Source of the DNA: Lingula anatina
Lineage: Eukaryota > Animalia > Brachiopoda
Assembly: GCA_051362555.1 (NCBI GenBank)
Contig: CM120644.1
Coordinates: 10,872,567 to 10,936,566 of the forward strand
Reading direction: 5' to 3'
DNA: 64,000 nucleotides
Shown: piece by piece, positions 53,386-64,000 of the stretch
Layout of the letters: the number at the start of each line of letters is the position of its first letter
Numbering within the stretch: the first letter of the stretch is position 1
Made by a program: the position numbers and the translations under genes
Notes under the pieces: model-generated
The model's input: the letters and a program-made list of their open reading frames with translations, nothing else
Databases searched by the model: none
Told to the model about the DNA's origin: nothing

Positions 53386-54212
53386 GACAACTCACCACTT
53401 CATCGTATCGGCCTCTTTACGTTGGCTGCTCACTGATCTTCTCGATACCGACGTCTTGCACACGCCATTCATATCTGTACTAAACCAAAGCACTGACAAA
53501 TGAACTCGTACAACATCGGCTACTTCCGAGGTGGAGGGAAAACGGTCACGGAATCACCCGAGCTGTGAAAAGCGAATTGATTTGTTGGTTGATGCCGTAT
53601 TGAAAGAAATATTCTGAGAAAGGATATAGATTGACGTTTTGTAATAAATCAATAAGTACTAAAAGACAAGATATAGTTATATTTTTATTTCTATATGATT
53701 TTAAAATGGTGCTAATCAGTTATCTCTTCACGCAGTTTGTCTCATGGGTACAGGTATATACAGGTATTTAAAGAATATTGCCAGTCATTAGAGAGCACGT
53801 CTTCCTTTTCGAGGAAATCTCTTGCTGTGTACAACGAGTTTGGAACTGAGTGAGCCTTTGTTAATTTGTCGTTTACAGGCACAGTTTTTCTGGACTAAGT
53901 CCTATCTTTTTTCACATCAGTAATGTTTACTTTATTGCTAATTGCGCATGTAGCACAGCAGAGACATATGGTGCCAGTGCACATTATAGACATACAAACC
54001 ATTCACTATACCATAAGAAGATAATACTGAGGAATACATACAAAAGCTTTCTATTGTAGTGATAATCCATTTATTATAATTTCTATATCAAGTTTGCATG
54101 ATTAAGAAAGGAGATGTCCGTCAAAACAACATACAAATATTATATATATCTTTGTTGGCATGTGTTTGATCTGTGTGTGTGTGTTAGCGCGGGTGTGAGG
54201 GTATGCGAAAGT

Positions 54213-54248
<36 letters not shown>

Positions 54249-55104
54249 GTGCGTACGAGTGCCTGGAGGAATAAATAATGCCATAAATGCCAGGTTGTCA
54301 TCTAAGCCTTAAAACCGCAAGCTAACGGTTCGTTAACCAAGATTTTCAGCCAGATGACCATGCGGTGGACCCGGCCATTAAGAGCTGATAAAACCCACTG
54401 GAAAATGTCAAAGGTCACGCGGATGATAGTAGTCACGGTATACGCCTAATAACAGGGTTTTAAAATGCTTAGATATATATCATGTTTTCGAGAGTACTAA
54501 AAGGCCGGCTGATAAGGAGTAAGAACTCTTTGTTCATTTGATGAGTAGTAATTGGGATGTATACTTAATGTTGAAGTTATGGATTAAATTCTTTAATATT
54601 GCTAAAAATTGAGTTAATATAAAGAAACTTCATTGCGTATGAAGAATGTTGAATGGCCCATCAAGTGGATGTTACACTTGTTATTGGATCAAAAATCCCA
54701 CATAATGAGGGGAAAAACATGAAGTAGAGTATTGTGGAATTTTTCTGACATAAAATGGGTACCTTTCAAGTTATCTCGAAAACAATCACATATGAAAGAC
54801 ATTTGAAGAAATTTTTCCATCCCATTCAAGCGTTCATTTAGTTCCCAATTCAAGTATGTTAAAAGGGGCGGCAATAGCTCCTACTGGAACATCCTCAAAC
54901 CTATAATAAAATGGGAAAAAAACAAACAAACTAACTAACAAACAAATAAAACAAATCCATCAAAGTCCACCACGAAGGTATAAAGTGTAGATATCTGTTT
55001 GAAGCAGGAATTTTTCACATATCTCTCTTATGGAATTGGTAACAAGGGATAACAAGGAAAAAGCAGACGTGTTTTACCCCAGTTTTACACACACAAGCAC
55101 GCAC

Positions 55105-55150
<46 letters not shown>

Positions 55151-55995
55151 GGGGGGGGGAGAGAGAGAGAGGGGGGGAAGGGAGGGGTAACTGAACACCA
55201 TGAGTCAGTTTATAAAATATAATAATGAACTTCATCACTTTAATCAGAAACACGGTCTGAAGCCTAACGGTATCCAATTACCTGGGCACATCTCCAAAAC
55301 CAAAGAATTGCCGAATAAACGACAGTTGTAATAGAATATACACTAACGAATACAGGAATGAATTGACCGATGAAAAAATGTAAAGATATAAATTCAACAC
55401 CAATACCATAAAAAAATAACAAAAAATAAGAATTACTTTTAAGATCAGCAATGGGAATGATAACGTAGATACCCATTTTAACCAATTGCTATGTGCGATA
55501 GGTCTGTCAACAAGGTTCTATTTAACTCCTCTGTAAAGAGCTGCTACATGTACATGAAGACATCTTGATTGCCGTACCAATCAAGTCTTGCCAATGCCAA
55601 CTCTCTTTGACAGCGTCCCTCACAGACACTTCGGTGTCTGTCACTAACACGTCATTAAGGAAATCTAAACACCGTTTATCCGATATTCATCTTAAATTCT
55701 AATATTAAAGTTACACGGACCATGAAACCCAAGGAAATGCCTAACATGTTACGCTTCTTTTGGTAGTTATACATATACGAGTTTCGTTCCTGGTAAATAT
55801 TCAAACTGACTTGTTCTTTGACTCTTAAAACAAATTATTATTACGAATTTTAATTTGACGATTCATTTTAAAGGATCGGATTGTACCGGTAGAATGTGTT
55901 TGGTGTAGAAGAAGTGCAAAGCAGACATCTTGTGGATACGAAGTGTTAATATTTCACGGCAAGGAGAGAGATAGCTCTCGAATACAGAGACAACG

Positions 55996-57594
55996 ATGAT
56001 ATTCAAGCGTGCTTGGACCGTTTCATTGCTTTTTATTGTAATTGGAATTACACAGCATAGTAGAGGTAAGTTATATCTTTTCTGTTTCTACAGAAAATAT
56101 CAGAGTAAATAATAGAACGTGTAACTAAAGGAAGTTCAAATATAGACTAAAAGTGATCATGGTGTCTTCTGAAAAAGCAATACAAGGAATTCAGTTTCTC
56201 AAGTTTTTGACTGGCATTTTCTGCATGTGAGATATTAAAGAAGACCTTTGCTCCATACCCCTAATACAAGTGAACGGCTATTTCCTGCATACCAAGAGGT
56301 AACGATTACAGTAAAGGTGTTTATTGATAATAAGTATAAGAAATATAATAGCATACATTAAGATATTTCCATCACATATATTCATATTATTCAAGTGGGG
56401 AAATCGTACAGGGTGCAAAGAGAATAGACATATCATAAGAGGGATGAAGTACTATAATGCAGTGTACATGTATATGAAGACGACTTTTTCTGTCTTCAGG
56501 AGACCACGAGGGAACGGCTCCACAGGCCCAACAAAACGTGGCGTACACTCCCGGCACAGCGTACCAACCTGCGTACTCCCCTGGCACCGCGTACAATCCG
56601 TACCAGCAGGCGTATACCCCATCTACGGCATACAACCCATACCAACAGGCGAACACCCCTTCAACGGCATATAATCCGTACCAACAGGCATATAGGCCCG
56701 GATCCACGGGTACATCTCCGTACCAACAGGCATACCTAGTCCCAGTCCAGCAAGTCTACGGTGGACAGCAGGCACCTGCCGCGCCACAACAACCACAGAA
56801 TCAGGGGGCTGGATATACTGGGCCTAATCCGTACGGGCCTCAAGGACCGCCAGTACAACCCCAGCCAGGAGCGTACAGTTCGTACCAGCGACCTCAGACC
56901 TATGCTGGATACAATACACAACCACAGGGATACGCAAGGCAGCCACAGACGTACGCGGGGTATGCAGCTCCTCAGGCGTACAGCGGATATAATGCTCCCC
57001 AGGCGTACACCGGATATTCAGCTCCTCAGGGGTACAGGAGTCCTCAACAACAGCAATACAGTGCGCAACAGTACGCGCCATCGTACTACCAACCACAGAC
57101 ACGGCCATATTACGGAGGAGGACAATCTCAGGCATATACGCTACCGTACTCCCCTACGCAAGCGTACGGTCCTCCTCTACAGCAACAACAACAACAACCT
57201 AATGTTGGCCGACCACAGCAACAGGTGTCCTACTACGCACCACCGACGCAATCTTACAACGCACAACCGGCACCGCAGTCGCAATCACCGTACGCACAGC
57301 AACCGCAATATCCTGCTCCACCGCAGCAAGTCCAGCAATACGGTGCGGGAGCACAACAATTGTATTATAGGAGCCCGACATATCCGTCTTATCCCGGAGT
57401 CCAGCAGCCTTATCAACCTTATGGGAACCCTGTCATTCCCCAGCCAGCGCAACACTCCGTGTCCACGGCAAGTCAAGAGAGAGCATTTAAGTATTTAGAT
57501 TACGCTGATAATTATGACAGGAATACAGCTGAGCAGGAGGCACAGGCAGGGACGACTCAGGAAGAAAGTATGTTGATTGTGTTTTCTATCTTTA

Positions 57595-57643
<49 letters not shown>

Positions 57644-58074
57644 GTCATACTCTGATCTTTAAATCTGCTTATTTATTTCATTTGTGATGTGTGCTCAAAT
57701 TGAATTGGGGTTCAACATCATTTACATCAGTGAACGGCCTTTTCGTTCAGCTTGACATTTTTATCATGATATAACAGGGGAGTTGAAAATACAAGACTAA
57801 TTCAATCATTCATTATATGTTTCATTACCCAGCATGATGACTGGTTTAAATCTGTAAATTATGGATATTGCTTTCTCATTCAGCGCAAGGTGGTTGGGCC
57901 CCTTGGAGCCAGTTTGGCCAATGCTGCAGCGGAGTGCGCATGCGCTTACGCTCCTGTAAAGAAGGTCATCTTCTGGGGACAGACTTCTGCAGCGGAGTGC
58001 CGTTAGAATGGGACAAGTGCGCTGACGGAGACGAGGATATCTGTACCCCTACCATAACATCAGATGGGAGTTAA
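55996..58074 (+). CDS. Secreted Gln/Pro/Tyr/Ala/Gly-rich repetitive protein E with C-terminal TSR (442 aa)
   Basis: Exons 55996-56065 (MIFKRAWTVSLLFIVIGITQHSRG), 56500-57567 (1068-nt Q/P/Y-rich exon with acidic end), 57884-58074 (GGWAPWSQFGQCCSGVRMRLRSC...CSGVPLEWDKCADGDEDIC). Confidence 0.88.
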
Positions 58075-59377
58075 TCTTCACTCGTTCGACGTAATGGGCT
58101 CTTTCGTTCACAAAAAGCCAGTTCCAAACATATGCAAAACATCTCCCGAGCTTCATGTAACATTTGACAAACAGTTTTATGTTATTCAGGTGATAGTAGT
58201 TATGGCTAGTTCGTTAACAAATGTACATGGACTTATAAGTTAACTGTTTAATTTTTTTTTGCAAAATGTGTCGTCATAAAGATTAACAAAAATTGTTTCT
58301 TCAATGGACGATTTTGATTAAACCACCTGTTGGTCTAAAAATTACGTTTGGGATTTAATTTCTTAAATGTTTCTCCTCTGGATAAAAAAAGGGAGCTGCA
58401 GTATCATATGTAAAACTATGGTGCAAGTAGTATGTTTTCAATTTACGAGTATTTTTATAGGCTGTTTTTATGTTTCCAAGGCATGTACATGTAGCTTTTT
58501 TTTCAAAAATACTACCTCAGTAAGAAAAGCCGATGCACAATGTTAAAATGCAGTACAAGAATGCAAACGTTGACTTGATTGAAAAAAAAAACAATATTAT
58601 ATCATTATTTTGTTCTTGAAATTCGACAGAGGAATATCTATATCAATTTTTTAATTTCGACTGAAAAGTTTGATCACTGTCGCTTAAATGAATACAGTGT
58701 ATTTCTATAAAGAAAGTGTACCCAGGCAGACAAGGTAATATTGATTTTACTTATCTCTATTCAATTCGATCGTTGTAAGTGCATAGGTACCCAGTATGTT
58801 TGGAAGGGAATGGGGAATATTAATACTTAGGAATGTTGATAAAAAGTGTAAAATATGAAGCTCACAGTGTCATGCACGGTGAAATTTCAGGTGGTCATAT
58901 TAATTAGAATCATCATCCGTCTGTGTCGCATTTTTTCACGGTTAACGGGTTTTCAACTTGTATCTCCATGTAACCACATTCATTATCATTTAAAGACCAC
59001 TCATGGACAAATGAGACGCCACGTCGAGCAGAGGGACGTCGCTGTCATATACCATCGAACTATGCATCAAAATGGCGGAATTAACGATATTAACATCAGC
59101 CACAAATTATAGGGGCAGCGAGGAAAGCGATTAACATAGAAATAATAACAAGTATTAAATTATGACCAACCAAGGAAGTAATCGTGTTGATTGTATGCAT
59201 GAGTTGTGTCGACCCGAAAGAAACAACATTGTGTCCTGATGTTTTGGCGCTTTTCTTTTGGCTGCGCGTGCTCAATCGGGTGTTCTGTCACCTTAAACCT
59301 GACCTAAAACCCAACAGAAGGACAGGCGCCGACGGGGGCGACTGGAAAGGACGGGCCACTTTGGCGATCTGTCCGTC

Positions 59378-61685
59378 ATGCATTTCGCGAGGCTGCTATA
59401 TGCTGTAATTGTCATCTGGCTAAGGTTTTGCGGAGGTAAGGAGGAGGTGTCGTTCTATTGTATAAATCCAGTAAAATAATATGATACGAATTAACACGGA
59501 CGGCTTCTTGGGGCAGAAATATTCAATTCATTCTTTTATTTCTTTATTTCTTTCCTAGTGGGATGATTTCCAACTTTTATACATAACGAAAATTGTTCGT
59601 TACCCATACGTTTAATTCTTTAAAGATAATTTCTTGTGCCTCTTTGTCACTTCAGAACAAGATCTTTAATTTTGATGTAGTCACAGTTGATCCTGCTTAA
59701 ACGTTTCACACATGCCATTTCCAAGTCTCGTAAATTGGCCAGTGTATTTTACAGCATGTTTTCTTCAAATGTGCAAGACGATCGCGTGCGGTTTAAAGGT
59801 TTGTGAAAATGATGATAAAAATGGGTGACCCCTCACACACCTTCCTTTACAAATGACGCTTTTATTTCTGCCAACATCAACATTTACGTTTACCACAACG
59901 GTACTTGTTTAATTTCTTACAGTACCTCAAAACCACCCTTTCAAATAAACTTCTTTTAAATTCCACGGTTTACATATTACCATTTCACTCGCGTAGATAT
60001 GCAAATAATCGGGGGGGGGGGGGGGGGGGGGGACTTTTACAATTCCCAAATTGACTGCAGTGGGACTTTGATAAGGTTGTAGACGACAGGGCCTCCATGA
60101 AAATATCAAATAAACCGACTTTGCTCGTACAGCTAAACAATTTGTGTGTTTTTTCTTTTTAATTTCAGCTCAGTACGGAGTTCCATATGGGGGTCAAACA
60201 GGGTACGGGGGTACAGCAAACCCTCTGTACCCCACCTACGGATATGGAAACAAGCCAGTGTATGGATACTCACCTAATCCGGCGTACACAGGCACGTCGC
60301 CGTACGGACACTATCAAACTCCAACTTATAGCGGATATGGATACTCTCCAAACCCAGCTTATGGTGGATATGGATACGGGTACTCTCCAAACCCTGCATA
60401 TGGATCAACGTCCCCATATGGATACTCCCCCAACCCAGCCTACGGGAATCAGTATGGATATTATCCGCCTCAGACTTATCCACCTCCGAAGTATCCACCT
60501 CAGACTTATCCACCTCCGAAGTATCCTCCTCAAACGTACCCACCTCTACAGTATCCGTCGCCGTATCCGCCCACGCCTCCGAATTATCAGCCGCCGTACC
60601 AACCACCCACCATTCCGCCATATAAACCAACGCTCGAAGACCGTAAGTACATCTGTTTACTTCCCAGCTGGTTTAATTTTTTTTCTTGTTTTAGTTTTGA
60701 TGAAAGAGAAATGTGTTGTTGTACTTAGGTCTTATGACGAGAAAATGTTGAATGAAAATTTAATTTTGGTCACCGTTCTGCTTTAATGATGACCATAGAA
60801 TGTAGCACATTTGTCGTTTGATAAAATGTGTTGAAAACACTTATCATAGTTATTGTAGTCATAAAGATAATAATTATTCTCATTTGCAAAATAAATAATA
60901 CTTTGAGTAGACCACATTTCCAGTCCAGGTCCCAGTTGAAAACAACTTTAATCAGTCCCCTGGCTTAGTCAACTAGGATGCTTAGTTAACTAAGGGGCCA
61001 TTCAGAATAGTGCTAGCTGGTCCACGGCTTAAATATGGCGGACTGTGTCATAGTCCTGTAATGTTCTCTCCACCTCTTTCATGCCTCCCCACGCATCGTC
61101 CCTGCAGGGGCACAGTAATTAAATCGCGGCTCAATTCGACCGGTCGAGGGACGACGCGTGGGGAGGCATGTGAGAGGCGGAGAGACCATTACAGGAGTAA
61201 GCGGTCTTACTTTCATGTAGGGCCGCCATATTTAGGCCGTGGACCAGCTAGTACTCGGCTCTTCTCATTCTGAATGGTCCCTAGGATGCCCATAAGAGTT
61301 CCTGATTGGGCAAGATGTGCGCATGTGACCATACAACGTTGGTAAGAAATATGATAGCCAGTGGAGCTGACTTGTATTTAACGCTGTAATATTAGTTATG
61401 ACACAGAACCTCCCAACCTCAATGTACCTGTATCGTCTCTTTCGATCCACCAATTTCATGTTATACACTGTATATTCATTAATAATGTCTTATGGCATAT
61501 GTATTTTCTATGTTGTACTTTTCCCAGTGCTGCGCGGCTGGGCCACATGGACCGACTACTCGGACTGCTGCGCAGGCGCGCAGTCCCGCATCCGGTACTG
61601 CCTGAACCCCCGGGCCCTGGGGTCGGAACCTTGCAGGGGAGCGGCCGTGGAGTTCCGAACCTGCGGCACTACGACCTGTGTCTAA
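59378..61685 (+). CDS. Secreted Gly/Tyr-rich then Pro/Tyr-rich repetitive protein F with C-terminal TSR (229 aa)
   Basis: Exons 59378-59435 (MHFARLLYAVIVIWLRFCGA), 60169-60642 (QYGVPYGG..4x YGYSPNPAY..YPPQTYPPPK repeats), 61528-61685 (GWATWTDYSDCCAGAQSRIRYCLNPRALGSEPCRGAAVEFRTCGTTTCV*). Confidence 0.88.
60994..61281. mobile_element. MITE family 2 in intron 2 of gene F
   Basis: TIR GGG(G/A)CCATTCAGAAT plus inverted ctagctggtccacggc.taaatatggcgg. Confidence 0.8.
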
Positions 61686-64000
61686 GCAGCCTGGTAGTAC
61701 ATCAAGGCGCCTAGCCACACCAAGGCCACACAAAGAACTAGGAAAGATCTGAAAATCGACCAAAGTGCATCGCATGCAGTAAAAAAGCCTTCATTTTCAT
61801 AGACGGATGCAGGGTGATGAAGGGGGTGGGGGTGGGGGGTGGGGGGTATCGGCTTGATATATGTCCAGTGGCCGATCTATTCTGTGATAGCTAAGGAAAC
61901 ATACCATTTGCTTGTCTTGTGGACTATTTACTTGAGATACTGGGGTACACCGCTGTACCTGGTTTGTCTATATAGGATCAACACGTTCAAGGGACCGGGG
62001 GGGGGGGGGGGATAAGGGGGGTTATTCACTGACGTTAAATGATAAAGAACGGTTGATTCAAAACATAGCGAGATATGTCTTTTGAATCATTATATTATGT
62101 TAACACGGGTAAAATAGAACGGTTTTCGGAAACGTTTTGCCCTTAATATCACACGCAAGTGTAATTGTGATGCTTCTGGTGCAGGCTCAGCAATAGTAAC
62201 CATGATGTTTTATATTTGTAGTAGTAATGTTTCTTCTATGGTGCATTCAATAAAATATCCAGTGAGCCTTACAAAAAGAACTAAAGTCATAAAATATGTC
62301 TTCACAAAAAAAAAAAATCAAATGAAAAAAATTAAAAAGCTGGCAAATCTGAAATTAATTTATCAATTGACTCTAACTTAAAATTGAAACCCAAAAATAC
62401 ATAAGATCTGATAAATGATCCTAAAACAAGATATAACTTACCACGGTGTTCTGCGCAGTTGACTGATTTGAACAAGGTGCTTTGAGGAGAGAGAGAGATC
62501 ATACAAAATATGAACTAAGCGCAGAGTTGTTAGTGGTGTCAAGTGAACAGAACGTATATCCTTTTGTTAACTAAAAAAAAGACAACAAACATTTTTCATG
62601 AAGAATGGTACGCAGTTTTAAACATCAGTTGCTTATCAAGTGATTTAAATCATTTGGACCCAAAGACTTTGTCTTTATTTGTTGGAGCCTTTGTGAAAAT
62701 CGAATAAATTTGTGATTTCAAATATTATTTTAGCGTTTCTCTTTTTTTTTCTCTACTCAGAAGATATCAACATTCGTGTTCCTGTTGCTGTTATGTTTTT
62801 ATCATTCTCCCATCTCTCTCTCTCCTTCTCTCTCTCTCTCTCTCCCTCTCTCCCTCTCTCTCTCTCTCTCTCGTTTTAACATCAATCTCTCACGCGTGTC
62901 ATTATTTTCACTAGGAGTTCTCAAAAGATGTTAATATCTTCTAGACAACCAAATTGTCAAAGAAAACATGTTAATAGATACAATTAACTGATATACTTTT
63001 CTTTGTGCGTTTCATCAGATAACCCCTAAATCTGACCGTTTACGTATGTTTTACTGGAGATAAGTATAGCTATTTGACCAAACTTATGTTTTATAAAATA
63101 TGTAAATGTAGAAAATTACGATTGATGCATGATATGATATCTATCTAAGTGCAACTTAAACATATTTTTCACAATTATGTTCCATCAAGGTATCGGAATT
63201 GATAGTAATTTATTGTTGATCTTTATTATATCTCAAGATGTCTACCCTATACTTTCAACTACATATGTGACACTAATGATAAAATACGTCAGCAAAAAAA
63301 CAATTTTGCTGAATGCACAACCAGTGTTATTCTTTGTCTAGTACATGTAAATGTACATTTGTTGATTGTGTTTTAGGTCTATGCGAATGCTTCCCTCTCT
63401 TTCTTTCAGCCTATATGCCTGCAATGCAAGTACGCCTGTCCGACCGTCCGTTTGTCTGTCTATCACCCTTTTTTCATTGTTGTGTCCTGCATGCGTGTGC
63501 GTGCGTATGTGCGAGCGTGCGTGCATACCCTATGCATAGCCAACTCGCTGATGTCGTGCTAATGCACATGCATCCTACGTGCCTCCACACGCCAGGTAAG
63601 GTGGAGTAATTCGGGCCCAATTACTTCAGCTGATACGTTTTCTATGCATTTAAAATGTCCAGGTGCACGTGTCCTGATCTACAAGGGCGGAGGGGGTGGG
63701 TGGGGTGTGGAGTGATATCTCATCATGTTCCACCCAAGTTTAAAAGGTCGATTAAGGAAGGTGTAAAGATGAACGTTTCCATGGGCGTAATATCGTATAT
63801 GGACGTCATCGAAAAGATCGCGTTTTATTAATTTTTCGTGAATTGATCACTTATTTATTCATTTACTGCCCTCCCTTATCATGGTGATGACGTTGCAGAT
63901 TTTGAACAATTACTCAGAAAGAAAATAATAAAGGAGTAGGCCCTACAGTAACAAAGAGCTATAGTTCGTGTTCCTCATTTTGTCGTCGTTCGCCATAGAA

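Noticed and set aside
56761-57498. 245-aa ORF and antisense ORFs overlapping gene E exon 2 (likewise 60187-60786 and 60274-60630 over gene F)
   Set aside because: Alternative-frame shadows of repetitive, stop-poor coding sequence; the splice phases support only the Tyr/Pro-rich frame.
63313-63609. Possible exon 1 of a seventh TSR gene (CCAG|gtaagg phase-1 donor at ~63595)
   Set aside because: The upstream peptide is not a convincing signal peptide, and no downstream exons lie in the window.
1-64000. CRISPR arrays, tRNA/rRNA genes, transposase or reverse-transcriptase ORFs
   Set aside because: None seen; eukaryotic intron-rich DNA with only non-autonomous elements.

Overview
This is animal genomic DNA from an invertebrate, probably a lophotrochozoan such as a mollusc (an inference, not provable here), AT-rich and microsatellite-rich. 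The left ~37 kb holds, on the - strand, the 5' portion of an I-domain-less integrin alpha gene of the RGD-binding (alphaPS2/PAT-2/alphaV-like) clade. I could splice 22 coding exon positions in frame, from the signal peptide through calf-1; the 3' end lies left of the window. The gene carries a tandemly duplicated, frame-incompatible exon pair (5a/5b) in the ligand-specificity loop, with a dense Rbfox/QKI/MBNL-type motif cluster between them, and a probable GC-AG intron. The right ~22 kb holds, on the + strand and divergent from the integrin, six tandem genes (A-F) that the ORF track only shows in fragments. All share one 3-exon plan with phase-1 introns: signal peptide / interchangeable low-complexity exon (45-1068 nt, Tyr-Pro-rich except in B) / one C-terminal thrombospondin type-1 repeat (TSR) with an unusual vicinal CC. 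One member has mussel-foot-protein-1-like decapeptides. Another has a candidate stop-codon readthrough tail encoding a glycosaminoglycan-attachment motif. Several MITE families and a CpG-depleted to CpG-rich boundary near 27.8 kb are also visible. All gene models were built by hand from splice signals and frame, without transcript data.
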